This document shows positions 37,156-49,759 of a stretch of 64,000 nt of DNA, in pieces. The DNA is from Octopus vulgaris. Taxonomy: Eukaryota. The position numbers were made by a program, and so were the translations under genes. The stretch lies in NCBI GenBank assembly GCA_951406725.2, contig OX597818.1:109244001-109308000 (forward strand), given 5' to 3'. The notes below the pieces were generated by a model, which saw nothing but the letters and a program-made list of their open reading frames with translations, did not search any database and was not told the origin of the DNA. Every line of letters begins with the position of its first letter. The first letter of the stretch is position 1.

Positions 37156-37690
37156 AAGGCAGCAAGCTGGTAGAATCATTAGCACATCAGACAAAATGCC
37201 TGCTAACATTTCATCTGCCACTATGTTCTGAGTTCAAATTCTACCAAGGTCATCTTTGCCTTTCATCTTTTTGGGGTTAATAAGTTCAGTACTAGTTGAG
37301 TGTGGAGGTGCAATGGCCTAATGGTTAGGGCAGCGGACTCGTGGTTGTAGGATCGCGGTTTCGATTCCCAGACTGGGCATTGTGAGTGTTTATTGAGCAA
37401 AAACACCTAAAGCTCCATGAAGCTCCGGCAGGGGGTGGTGGCGATCCCTGCTATACTCTTTCGCCACAGCTTTCTCTCACTCTTTCTTCTGTTGGCCTGC
37501 TCGCTTAGCCAGCAGGGTGGTGTCATTTGAAGGCTAAAACAATGCGAAGCGCATTGTGACCAGCGATGTGTAGCAACATCTGATAGCCTGGTCAGTCACG
37601 GTGATCACTAGTTGAGTACTGGGGAGTCAGTGTAATCAACTAACACATTTCACTGAAATTGGTGGCCTTGTGTCAAAATTTGAAAGCAAC
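37156..37690 (+). mobile_element. Older SINE family B inside hAT, split by family C
   Basis: aaggcagcaagctggtagaatcattagcac...cagtactagttgagt | actggggagtcagtgtaatcaac. Confidence 0.85.
37302..37606 (+). mobile_element. tRNA-derived SINE family C with 11-bp TSD
   Basis: A box TGGCCTAATGG, B-box-like GGTTTCGATTCC; TSD ACTAGTTGAGT at 37291-37301 and 37607-37617; second copy 63258-63568. Confidence 0.9.
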
Positions 37691-37807
37691 ATGTGTTATG
37701 CCAAGTGAATTTAGTGAAAGGCAGAATTCCAATTTGAATATTTAAGGAGGTTACATCATCTGGATTTAACATCATCAGAATGGAAAAAAACCTCTTGAGT
37801 TTCTTTA

Positions 37808-38039
37808 TTAACCTTTTGAAATCAAACCACCTGAGACCATCCCTGGTCATATGATACCATTTCCCTGTTTTAAATCAAACTAATATTAAAAACCTTCCAT
37901 CCAAAATTCCATGTTAATTTGTTTTCTAAACACCAACTTAAGAGTGACAAAGTTATTTTACTAAATCCTTCATTATTTTCGAAATTAAGTGAAACAAAGC
38001 CAGTGAATTTCAACAGAGAAATGGTAGCTAAAAGATGAA
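37808..38039 (+). mobile_element. MITE M1 (TTAA-CC termini) inside hAT
   Basis: reverse-complement homologue at 58856-59082 ending aaaagggttaa. Confidence 0.65.
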
Positions 38040-39174
38040 CTACAGAAAGACATTCAATTAGCAGAAATTAACCCCAGCAATGAAAAAAAATTTTCTAAAA
38101 CTTTATTGATGTTTACCTCAGAGAAAAAGCAATACCACATTTAATTAGGGACCTTTTTCATGTTAAAATCAGTTGTTGCTGGCAGATTTGAAACTGACTG
38201 AAATTCTTAGTGGAACTTTAGTATTTAAATAAGAGAAAGGTTTCCTTTCAATGAAGAGTGTTGCTTCTCATTTCAGTATATCTATGTCTGTCCTTCCACT
38301 AACTGTTCATTTCTTATCCACTGAGCGAGAAACCAATCTAAATTATTTTGTTGATTGATAGAGAAGTTACTGATTAACAACAGGCAATTTACCTATCTCT
38401 ACAGAAAACAGTACATGTTAAAAGACATAAAAGATGGACTTCATAATTCAAAATATGATTTGCTATTCAATTTCATAACTTAACTGTTTTGCCACATTCG
38501 TCAGATAGTGTTGAAAGAATATTCTCGCAAATAAACTGTGTCAAAACAAGAAACACTAATTCATTAAAAGCAGAGACTGTAAAAGATAGATTACTTACAA
38601 AGCAATCTGTCATTATAAACACTATGGAAAGCAGTATGTGAGAACCTGGAAAAGAATTAATCAAGGACTTGGGAGATGCTGTAAGCAAAAGACACTTGAA
38701 AGAATTAAATAAAAAAAAACCAGAAAATAACGAATTGTTTACTTGTTTGAGAAAAATTAAAGCCAACAAAGAAAAACTATTGTGTTCTACACATAAAACT
38801 AATCTACATATATAAAACTAACTAAAATAGTACTATATTTCTATCTAAACATATTTCTAGAATTTAGGGGGTTTCTTGGTCTGTAGTTTTTTTGGTTTTT
38901 TTTTCACCCCACCTCTCTGAGCCTAATCTGGGGTTTTCTTGAAAATCTCAGAGGCAGCCCTGAATAATAATGGTGGTGTTGACAACAACTGCTGCTGCCA
39001 CCATCATCACTAATACTCTACAGTTCCATATGATGCTGCCAACATGATACTACATCACACTTCTACACGATATTGCACAAGAAAATATTACTATGTTACA
39101 ATAATACATCAACTTCTGCTTCATAAAACTGTTTGTAATAACAAAAGCAACAGTATCACAACAACCACCTACAC

Positions 39175-39489
39175 CAGCGGTTCCCAACTGAACTCTTTAT
39201 GACCCCTGGGAGTCCATATAAGCAAAAGAGTAAATTGGGGACCCGCAATAGTTTATTAAAGATCCATGGAAAACATTCTGCTTAAAATATATTCATTGCA
39301 AGAAACAGGAAGATTTTTTTTTTACATAGTTCAACCGGTACAAGTTGATGTGTGTAAAGCAAAATAGGAATTTTGGAAAAAAAAACTATCTACAAAACTA
39401 GTGTTCTCACATTGAATGGCTATGGGAGTCCAACAGAGTAAAACAGTAATCAAAGAGGTCCACAGGTAAAAAATGGTTGAGAGCCACTC
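39175..39489. mobile_element. hAT (Charlie-like) MITE
   Basis: cagcggttcccaac ... ggttgagagccactc termini. Confidence 0.7.
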
Positions 39490-39654
39490 ATCCACATCAT
39501 TATTGTTTAGAGATGTCCTCCCACCCCATACAAACATAAGTGGACTCATAAAGGAAATCCTATCAAGATTAACCTTTTACCATTTAGATTATTCTGTCAA
39601 ATGTAATTAGCTTATTTATTCACATTGCTTTGAATTAATCATACATCATATATC

Positions 39655-39918
39655 CTACCTCTGCTGGTAACAAAGGGCCTCTCACTCAGAGTAAAAGGTA
39701 GACTGTATGACGTATGTGTGCAAACAGCCATGCTATACAGCAGTGAAACATGGGCTGTGACTGCTGAGGACAAGTGTAAACTTGCAAGAAATAAAGCTAG
39801 TATGCTCCACTGGATGTGTAATGTCAGTGTGCATACATGACAAAGTGTAAGCGCCCTGAGAGAAAAGTTGGACATAAGAAGCATTAGATGTGGTGTGCAA
39901 GAGGAATGACTGTGCTGT
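39655..39918 (+). mobile_element. RTE LINE C-terminal fragment, relatively well preserved
   Basis: LPLLVTKGLSLRVKGRLYDVCVQTAMLYSSETWAVTAEDKCKLARNKASMLHWMCNVSVHT*QSVSALREKLDIRSIRCGVQE. Confidence 0.9.
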
Positions 39919-41130
39919 TTTCTTTACTAATAAGTTCAACTTTGCAAAGTAAACTCTGAGGCCTCTTCATTCCAGGTTTTGCTTCCATACCTGGATTTTC
40001 TTTTATCGTCTTACTACAGATTTTGATATAGGAATGAGGTCATCAGTTCATAGGAATTCCTATGGCCATCTACAGACATGGAAACTTCTATAACAAAAAG
40101 AGAAGATTTTGTTATGGCCAGGAGGACTATGATAAAAAGGGGATTGACTATATTCATTGTTTTATTCACGGATTATCCCTGACTTTACTAACAGCATCTC
40201 AGTGCATGACTTGTATGGCTCTCACAAGCTAATTGTCTATTACTAAATTCCTAAGGAGTACAGTGGCTTACCCCTAAACAAGTACTTCTTCTGCAGTTGT
40301 CTCACAAGAAAGACGACACTGATAGTTCTTCTTGGCACAAAACTGAACTGCATCTCATCTAGCCTCTTTTCTTGCAGTAACTTTAATAAGCTGACCCACA
40401 AATGTGATACCACTGTCACTATATTTCTCTATCTCCTTTACACTTGTAAGTGTTGAATAATGATGCTGCTACACTAGTCTTTGGATATGACTCTTTCCTC
40501 AACTACTGATTGACTATACAAGTAACTAGCCATTGTCCTACTCTGACAGATAAATCAAGCATCTCAGTGGTCACTCAAGAATGGCTTTCACTACCTTCAT
40601 ATTCTTAATTGTTTTGTCCAACATACTGCTATCAACTAGAACAGCTGCTCCCTCTGCTGGTTCCACATAAAGAAGATTCTCTTTCTCACATGCATTCTCC
40701 AGATTTATTAGCCTTTCGTTGTAGCACTTGCATGCATCTTTCTTTTTAGAATCTGTATCCAGATATAGCTTTTTTTTTTTTTTTGCAAAATATTTGGTAA
40801 TCCTATAACTGCTGGTGCCACAAAAAAGCACCAGGGCTGGTACCACATAAAAAGCACCCAGTACACTCTGTAAAGTACGTAACATTAGGAAGAGCATCCA
40901 GCTGTAGAACTCCTAGTTTTGCCAGCTCCTGTCAAACCATCATAAAGAACTGATGTTAAATGGTGATGATGGTGATGATCTGCGCATAAACACTTCTCAC
41001 CTAAAACATTTTGTTTCTTTCTGGTATGCTGCACTGCAGTCCAGAACAATGCCAGCCTCTAATCTTCTTTAGAACATTGGCAAATCTCTTATTTGTTTCT
41101 GCTCCCTTTAATCTGTACATCTGGACACCT
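39919..41130 (-). mobile_element. Decayed RTE LINE (linker plus RT core) with family D insertion at ~40810-40979
   Basis: - strand KRFANVL..NVLGEKC; YNERLINLENACEKENL..MLDKTIKNMK; WP*EFL*TDDL..QVWKQNLE*RGLRV. Confidence 0.75.
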
Positions 41131-41227
41131 GTTGCTAAGGCCATGGGTTAAATTATTTGACCAGACAGTGTATTGTCTTTGAGTAAAGTAATTCATTTCA
41201 TGTTGCTCTACTTTACTCAGCTGAGTA

Positions 41228-41608
41228 TTTGTTTCGGTCATTAGACTGTAGCCATGCTGGGGCACCACCTCGAAGAATTTTAGTCAAACGGATCAGTCTC
41301 AGTACTTATTCTATTGGTCTCTTTTACCAAACTGCTAAGTTACAGGGTACATAGACACACCAACACTCTACCTATGTTTGTCTCCCCCTCCACCCCACCA
41401 CTTGACAAAGACACGCACACACACACATACGCACGCACACGCACGTGCACACATGACTAGCTCCTTTCAGTTTCTGTCTACCAAATCCACTCAGAAGGCT
41501 TTCTTTGACCTGAGACTATGGTAGAAGACACTTGCCCAGCGTGAGTCTGAACTTGGAACCATGTGCTTGGGAAGCAAACTTCTTACCACACAGCCACATC
41601 TGCACCTA
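41228..41608 (-). mobile_element. SINE family A, CR1-type tail
   Basis: gtttcggtcattagactgtagccatgctggggcaccacc tail through cttaccacacagccac head. Confidence 0.85.
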
Positions 41609-41869
41609 TGTATAAAACACAATTGTAAGAAAAGGGTATTTTACTTATTCAAATAATAAAAGAACTTCTTAGCAACCTCTTTATATGTGTGTATACACAT
41701 GCAAGTGTGTACATATATAAGTAGCGAAGCAGCTGAGTTATTATAGAGGTGAACAGGCAGCCTATTGGTATTACTTCTAGCCTTCTATACTCCAAGTTCA
41801 AATATTGCTGAAATCAACTTTGCCTTTCATCTTTCCAAGATCAATAAAGTACCAAACCTGTACTGAAGT

Positions 41870-41872
<3 letters not shown>

Positions 41873-41926
<54 letters not shown>
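41873..41926. repeat. (CT)n microsatellite
   Basis: direct reading. Confidence 0.95.
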
Positions 41927-41932
<6 letters not shown>

Positions 41933-42137
41933 CCTCCTCTTCTTCTCTCACCTTTTCAGTGTGTTTCTCTATTTCTGGAAGATACCCAGCTATGGACAGA
42001 CAAGGAAAGGAGTGGCTGCTACAGCTCTAAAGATGACTCACCAAATTCCAAAGGGAATTGAAAGGTGGACATTAAAAAAAATAATGAGATTTGGATCTAT
42101 ACACACCTGTGTGAAGTTCGTGATTCATTCTGCACAC

Positions 42138-42552
42138 AGGAATGTGTAAGCAACAAGCTTGTTTTCTGACCATATGGTTTTAGGTTCAATCCCAGTACAT
42201 GGCAGCTTGAGCAAGTATCTTAACTTTTAACCTCAGGCCAATCAAAGCCTTATGAGTTAATTTGATAGACAGAAACCGAAAGAGGCCCATCTTGCGTGTG
42301 TTTGTGTGCATGTGCATTTATGTATGTGTATGTGGTTGTGTCTCCTTGTTTTAATATCACATGATAGATGTAAACGAGTATCACCATCATACAAGCGGTG
42401 TCCTTCGTTTCCAATCTTCCATGGAAACATGTTTGGCCATAAAAAAACCTGCCTCACCAAATTCCATCTGATCCATACAAGCATGGAAAAGTGGACATTA
42501 AAACAACGTTGATAATGATGATGAGAATGGTGATAATGATGATGACAGTGAT
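42138..42552 (+). mobile_element. SINE with family A head and RTE-type tail
   Basis: ggttcaatcccagtacatggcagcttgagcaagtatctt...gaaaccgaaagaggccc head; ccatacaagcatggaaaagtggacattaaa(tga)n tail. Confidence 0.75.
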
Positions 42553-43834
42553 GATCTCTCTCTCTCTCTCATTCCATCTCTCTCTCTCTTTCTCACACAC
42601 ACACAAAGCAATTGGCTATAGAAAGCATATACAATCTTTTTTTTTAAGAGCTTTATAATAAACATCCTTGGGGTTAAAATATCATCTCACCTTCCCCTCA
42701 CTTTACTATCACATCCATATAAACATATATTAAATGAAATAATTCCCACAATGACAATAACAAAGATGATGATGGTGATGGTGATGGCTACCACCACCAC
42801 CACCACCACCACCATCATCACTATAATTGCTATTATCATCATCATCGTCGTCGTCGTTGTTGTTGATGATGATGGGAAAGAAAAGTAACGCCAGTGATGC
42901 TTAAATCAGATGCAATGAACCAATGTTTTTATGACACACAGCTTCACACACATATACAACAACCAAGCAGCCAACCAACGCCAAAAGTAATAAAATCTGG
43001 CCTAAAAGAATTAAAAAACAAAACAAAAATCAATAGCAAAAAAAGCAATCAAGCAAAAAAGAAAAAAAAAGTAACTACAACAAAAAGAGAAACAGGTTTT
43101 TTCTTTTAAAACAAAAGCCTAGAGCCGAGGCAAAGACTTGTCTGACGTTATGTTGCGTGTGTTGTTGTTGTGGTTGTTGTTGCTTTTGCTGCTGCTGCGA
43201 AGAGCTGTTTGAAGTATGAAGAGAATGAGATTGATCTATTTAGTAATCTAGATAATGATAATTGGACATAGTAAAAAGTAAAGGACCTAGCCTTAAAGAC
43301 TGCTGGCAACCCGATATATGTATGGACATGAACTAAGACTGATGATGATAGGGAAGGGTTGAAGGAGAGAATCAATAAGATTTCTCATCAATACATCAAT
43401 TTGTTTATTCAGTAGAGGCTTGTTGGTATACATACATATGTACATATGTGTGTGTGTGTGTGTGTGTGTATAGATATATATACACACATACACACACATG
43501 TATGTGTATATAAAATAAAACAAAGAAAAACAAAACCAGCAAACACAAAATAAAGAAAGGCTGACCCTCCCCGCTACCTACATTATTCAATAGTAGCGTG
43601 GCAAATGAAAGCTAATTATTTGCACAGCAAACACCTTGATAGCCATTACTATGTAAAGGCAGCAGGTGACATCCTGGTCTGTGGGGGAGTGAGAGAGAGA
43701 GAGAGAGTGCGTGTGTAAAGAAAGCTTATATATAACTGTAAAGAACCTGGTATTAGAAAATGTGTTGAAGATATGTATATATATTTGTGTGTGTGTGTGT
43801 GTACACGCTTGCTTGCTGACACAAAGATGTATGC

Positions 43835-44010
43835 ATATACAAGTGGAGGTACAGCAATATGGTCGAGAAATTCACTTTTGGAAATATATGGTTCCAGGTT
43901 CAATCTCTCTGTGTGATACCATAGCCGGCTGTCTTCTACTATAATCTCAGTTTGACCAATATTTTGTGAATGGAATTTGTTAGACTGAAAGTGTACAGAA
44001 ACTAGTGTGT
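43835..44010 (+). mobile_element. Degraded SINE family A head
   Basis: atatggttccaggttcaatc...tgtcttctactata...ttgtgaatggaatttgttagactgaaa. Confidence 0.6.
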
Positions 44011-44427
44011 GTGTGCTTGCTTGCTTGCATGCATGTGTGCATGCATGCATTTCTATAATGTTCCTTTATGTTTCAGAATTTAATGTATCAACAAATAGAA
44101 ATCAATGAAATGTGTAACAGGCTGAGATAAATACTGGAGTCGATATGATTAAGCAAAACTTTTGAAGGGCACTACTTTGCACAACCACAGTCTGATAACT
44201 AAAATAAGGAAAAAAATAATAAAACCATTAGAATATACATCTAATGTATAAGGAAAAGCAAAGTGATGTAGTAGGAGAAGAAATAACAGATTTTATTCAT
44301 GAAAAATAGATTAAAAATGTTGAGTAATTGAAGTATGTGTAATAATGCTTTAAAACTGGATACTGAATGTATACCTTGTATTGCTTATTACTGTCTTGGC
44401 CTTGCATACTGCTGAAGAGAATGTAAG

Positions 44428-44858
44428 TCACGTAGGTAGAACCCTTTGTTCGAATCCCTGGCATGCGAGTCCTTAAGATACCGTATTACAGTGGACTTGA
44501 AGAAGGCAAGCACATATGAGGTGGACAGAAAATGTGCTTTAAGGACACATTCGAAGCCTCGCTGAAGAGCTTTGAGATCAGCCCCAACACCTGGGAAACG
44601 CAAGCATGAGACTGTCCTGCCTGACAAAGCTGCACAAACAGAGGTGCCACCTCCTATGAACAGAACAGGATGTGAACTGCACAAGTCCAGAGCCAACTCC
44701 TTGCCTTCAGTTCTGGCAGATCACCAGTGCCCAACCTATGACAGGGCCTTCCAAGTAGACATCACAGTGATTGGCCACAGCCAGACACACCGTGCACTGT
44801 CTTCTCCCATGTGATGTCCGTAGTTATCATCAATGACAAACAAACGAATAACAACAAT
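44428..44858 (+). mobile_element. 3' end of RTE (BovB-like) LINE
   Basis: YYSGLEEGKHI*GGQKMCFKDTFEASLKSFEISPNTWETQA; C2H2-like HQCPTYDRAFQVDITVIGHSQTH; (CAA)-like tail. Confidence 0.85.
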
Positions 44859-45985
44859 TATCATGAGAACCAGTTTAAAATGTATCTCATAAGTTTATAC
44901 TGAGAGCAACTACTTAACAAGACAACAATACTTCACAGACATTCAATGAGAGTGGAGAAGTCTATTTCTGAAGGCTGAGAACATGAAGTAAAATTTATTA
45001 TTAATAAACATTATTATAAATTACTAATCAATTGTTAACCATTTTTCCAATAAAGCCCAATGGCTTTGAGTTTAAGATCTTCAAATCTTTTTAAAGACAA
45101 CCAGAGAAATTCTGCTGAGTTCAGTTTGCTTTGTACAAAAGATATACCTAATTTTTTATTCTTTTACTAATTTCAGTTAGTGGAATATGACCATGCTACG
45201 AACACCTCACTTGAGGTTACTATATTATATTGGCTCTCATATGCACCTCGAATCTGGTACTTGCTTCATCAATCTCTTTGAAGTTATGAAATTTGTTTTG
45301 CTTATTGCCAAGTGAACTTCTTGAGTACATAGCCATGTGTGTGTGTGTGTGAGCATGTATGCACATGTGCATAATATATTATTCAATATTCCATTTCTTT
45401 TGGTTCTGGTAACATATTGATAAGACTAACAACATACAATATGTGTTACATAATTCTATGTGATTCAGGTTTATTGCAAGGAAGAGATACCAAAACATTT
45501 TAGACTAGAATTCTGTCCAATGTATATTTTTTTGTTTTTTATGCATGACACATCAGAAACTACACAGAAGTCCTGGGTTTCACTGAAGAACTGATTTCTT
45601 TGTTTAAAAAAAAAGTCGTACATGAATCTAAAATCATTAGACTCTTTACAAAATACTAGGCCTAGCACTTCTGATAAGAAGGTATTATTTTTCACGTAAC
45701 CAAGACTGCTTAAGTTTCTTCTTCACTCTTTATGCCAATTATTTACCCATAACGAAGCAGAGATATTTCCCAATGCTAAAATTATTCTTTCATATCACAA
45801 TATAACTCTGCATCATTCTCATGCAAACTCATTCAACACACCTATTCCTCCAGCATCTCACTTGCCAAATACCACAATCAATTATTTTAAAAAATTAATC
45901 TTTCAGCAGAGTGTCCATGTAGCACCTTCATAGATTCTTTGTCCATTCAAAATAGCAGCCTGTAAGAAAGTGGTAGCTTTTATAC

Positions 45986-46198
45986 CAGTGGATATCAACC
46001 ATGGCTCCCAGAGGGTACCTGTGATCCTCAAACATCCTTCTGGTACTCCTCAACAGTCTTACTTCAATAAATATAAAGTTTTCTTTGGCTTGTTTTATTT
46101 TATTTTATTTTATTTATTTTTATTTTTTTGGTGCAGCCCCCTAAAAGAAATCCAGGTTCTGGATCTAGCCTGGATATTAAAGAAATTCAGGACCACTG
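45986..46198. mobile_element. hAT-type MITE
   Basis: CAGTGG...CCACTG termini, flanks TTTTATAC / TTCTACAC (6/8). Confidence 0.5.
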
Positions 46199-46381
46199 TT
46201 CTACACAGTCACTCAACCTACCAGAAATAGCAGCCAAATTTCCATACAAATCACACACTGCTAAGTGTTTAAAAAGATATATACACTGGATGATATAATT
46301 CTTTGATGCAATAATACTAAACAATAACAACCACTAACAACACTCCAAACTGAATACAACCACATTATTATTATTATTATT

Positions 46382-46675
46382 GGCCTTTGCACAGCTTCTA
46401 ACACTGGATATGTACTACAGTGTCAGCTGTTCACTACCAGTGATCTAAGGTAACACCTCTTATTTTTCGAGCACCTTCCGGAGTATTCAAGCGGCTCCAA
46501 GCAGTGCGGTTTTCTGCAAGTGCTCCATCCTTATTGCAGCCCCTATTTGTTCCATGTGCTTCTCAAGATTTTTGCTCTCTGTTCCCAGGGCTCCAACAAT
46601 TATTGATACTACTACTACCTTTTCCATCAACCACAACTGTTTAACTACCCAAGCTAACCTGCCATATCTCTCAAC

Positions 46676-46710
<35 letters not shown>

Positions 46711-47157
46711 ATTATTATCATCATTATTCAGTAGTTTTATTTTCAGGGTTGCTTTGGCACATTTTTCTAATCCAAATTTCATATCTATTTATTTGGTAAA
46801 TCCATGTACTGTCTGTAGTAGTGTTTCCAGCTGTTTAGGTCATCCATATATAAAAGTTGCTGACTGTTTTGCCGTAACATTTGTATCCACATCCAGTTCT
46901 ATTTAGCATGTCAGATAAAGGTGTCAGTGCCAAGCAGAAAAGGAGTGGAGATAGCGTGTCTCCCTGGAATATTCCTCTTCTAATGGGGATAGCTTTGGTT
47001 TCCACGAGTCCCTCTTTTGTTTGGAGCTGTAGCAGTGTCTGCCATTTATTCATGGAGTGTCTTATGTATTTTATAATTATTGGTGCTACCTTGTTCATGG
47101 CTAGTGTTTCGAGGATCCACGTATGGGGAATACAATCAAAAGCCTTTCGGTAGTCGA
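46382..47157 (-). mobile_element. R4/Dong-like non-LTR retrotransposon fragments embedded in (TAA)n
   Basis: RT IDYRKAFDCIPH..RRGIFQGDTLSPLLFCLALTPLS..YMDDL..FGLEKCAK; restriction-like endonuclease end IIVGALGTESKNLEKH..LQKTALLGAA*ILRKVLEK*; (TAA)n at both ends and between the pieces. Confidence 0.9.
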
Positions 47158-48148
47158 TTATTATTATTATCAACTAGCTGTCTCTCTCCACTACCTACAA
47201 GGACTTGAAAAAAGAAATAACTCTAGTTCTAACTTTTTCGGCTAATAACAAAAATGTGTGCAAGTTTGAGTGGATGTGTGTGCACATTTGTGTCTTTGCG
47301 CATACACAACATATTTGCACACATGAAGTGTAATTGTTAGGAAGTTTCTAAATGAAACTTACCAACAATTATACTAAAAATACTAAAAATTGAAATAACC
47401 TCTGACAGCAGCAGTAGCAACGACACCAACACTGCCATCACAAGAATTAAGGCATCATTAATAACTCCTACGACATCAACAATAGTTGTTATTTCGTAGT
47501 CGTTATAAAACCAAACATGCCAACAGAAATTAGTGCTGACGCAAAGAAACCAATAAAGCTAAAAATATTGACATGGCTGTCATACTCTTCACTAAAGTAG
47601 AGAAAAACTTAATAAGCCTGAGCAAACAGATGGGGGATACAGCTCTTTACAATTAGCTGCCCAGTGTTCTTAAGCATTATTAATTCAGCTGAAATGTCCA
47701 GAAAGAGCTGCAGAGAACTAATTAAGGAAAGTATGAAAGAAAGAGACTGTCTTTGGTGACTATCATCAAATATAAGTGTTGAAATTCATGAGAGTAACAG
47801 TGACAAGCGATTGATAACAGTATCTGAACAGCTCAGTCATGGTAGTGTTTGTCAGTGGTAGTAGCAGTGGCAGTAGTGGCACTAGAATTGATTGTGGTGG
47901 TGGTGGTTGTGGTGATGGTGGGACTGCTGAACTGGTGGTAGTTAGTGAAGGAAGTGGTCATTATTTTCTTTTTAGCTGAGACATAGTCACAGACAATTAC
48001 CTGCAATAGCTTTACCAGCTGGAAGGTGTACTACAGTTGTATAGTAATTAGGAAAAAAAAATTTTAGCAGATGGAACAAGAAGTGTATAATAAGTAAAAA
48101 AAAAAAAATTTTCAAAGTATATATGAATACCTACAAAGAACTCTTCTT

Positions 48149-48191
<43 letters not shown>

Positions 48192-48674
48192 CGCGTGCAC
48201 AGACACACACATTCACATACCGACTGTCTGCACAAACAACTTAGACCACATAAAGCGATATTTCCTCACCAACCACACAACCATAACTGTCTTCTGGTAT
48301 TGCAACTACAATGGCCTCTGCTAGTCTAAATCAGCTTTCTCTACACCTGTTATGCCTCAATTTCCTGCTCCTTGGTTGCATATTCTCCCTATTATTCCCG
48401 TCAACAAGAGGAAGAGGCAAGGAAGATACGCAATAAAATTCTTGCTTTATCATTTAATCCCAGCAATGTTATTATAAAGAAGCACAAGTGCAAGTCTAAT
48501 GTATTGAAAACTAGTCAAATTCTGAGACATGTGAGGGTATTCAATAATAATTGTGTGTGTGTGTGTGTGCACGCGCACATGTGCGTGCAAGTATGTGTGT
48601 GTGTGTGTGTGTAACAGATGCATTAGTAGTTTTGTCTTCCATCCCAAAAGTTCTAAAGATCAACAAATTTTAAA

Positions 48675-48830
48675 GCATGGCTGTGTAGTAAGAACTTTGT
48701 TTCCCAACCACATGGTTCCGGGTTCAGTCCCACTGCATGGCACCTTGCGCAAGTGTCTTCAACCATAGCTTCAGACCAACCAAAGCTTTGTGAGTGGATT
48801 TGATAGGCAGAAACTGAAAGAAGCCCATCA

Positions 48831-48864
<34 letters not shown>

Positions 48865-49045
48865 TGTTTGCGTGCACATATGTGTCCCCCTCACCACCAC
48901 AACTTAGTGGTTTTGCAAACGAGACCAATAGAACAAGTGGCAGGGTTAATTGAAAATAACGACAGGGGTTGATTTGTTCAACCGAAATTTTTTAAGGTGG
49001 TGCCCCAGCATGGCTGTAGTCTGATGAATGAAACAAGTAAAAGAC
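48675..49045 (+). mobile_element. SINE family A, CR1-type tail
   Basis: atggctgtgtagtaag...ggttcagtcccactgc...aaggtggtgccccagcatggc...gaaacaagtaaaaga. Confidence 0.85.
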
Positions 49046-49601
49046 AAACGGTATTACCCAACTAACAAATGGCTGTCATGGTTATATAATTTATCATGAA
49101 CAGCAAAAAAAGAGGAAGCAACATACAGCTCCAAACATATTCTACATCCTCATCAGCAACAGCCTGGCCCCTCCAAATGACTCCCAGTAAGTAGTATTTA
49201 TGAGGTATTATTGCTAAACATATGATTAAACAGGTAATCTAATTTGAATGTTTGTTGAAATTTTAGGGTTAGATTAACTCAAAGATCACAGCTATCGCAT
49301 TGGCCAGTGGGCAGCACACACTGTCACATAAGATGCACCTGTATTCCACAAGTATATCTTGTGCAGGAAAAAACGTATTTATTATGTTTGGTCATACACT
49401 TATCAAATGATTTTGTCAGTGGCAGGGGGCAGGGTATGATTCTGCAAGATTGTGACAGTATACCAAGATAAAGATTACAGTATGAAAGAATAACTGCATT
49501 TTTGTATTTTAACACTAAGGGAAGTAACTCTGAGTGAGTTATTGTGACAGCATTCATGTTTCATCGCAACCATGACAACTAACATCATTTCTTTTTTTCA
49601 G

Positions 49602-49759
49602 TGCAAGTTAGAAACCAGAGTCAATAGAGAGAGGCTCCAACTAGATGAAATCTCCAAGCAGTTTAAATGTACAAGTCTCTAATATCCAAGTGGCTAAAAA
49701 GTGTCAGCAGAGGGGCAATCAGGAGTGATGAACTAGATGTGACCCAGCCCTGTTAGAGT
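49602..49759 (+). other. Candidate exon (strong 3' splice site)
   Basis: ACTAAC branch-like motif 49578-49583, tttctttttttcAG at 49600-49601; phase-0 frame CKLETRVNRERLQLDEISKQFKCTSL*; possible donor GTAAGA at 49760. Confidence 0.3.

Larger units (their letters stand above)
36045..38962 (+). mobile_element. hAT transposon fossil with nested insertions
   Basis: N-term NHEFKNWLQQDK; FSIIFEESTDVS; ENIIGFAGNICSSIMG..GSICHSF; dimerisation motif LPHSSDSVERIFSQINCVKT from 38489; putative right TIR ggcagccctg ending 38962. Confidence 0.9.

Noticed and set aside
43150-43212. Signal-peptide-like MLRVLLLWLLLLLLLLRRAV
   Set aside because: Product of (TTG)n/(CTG)n repeats and stops after 20 codons.
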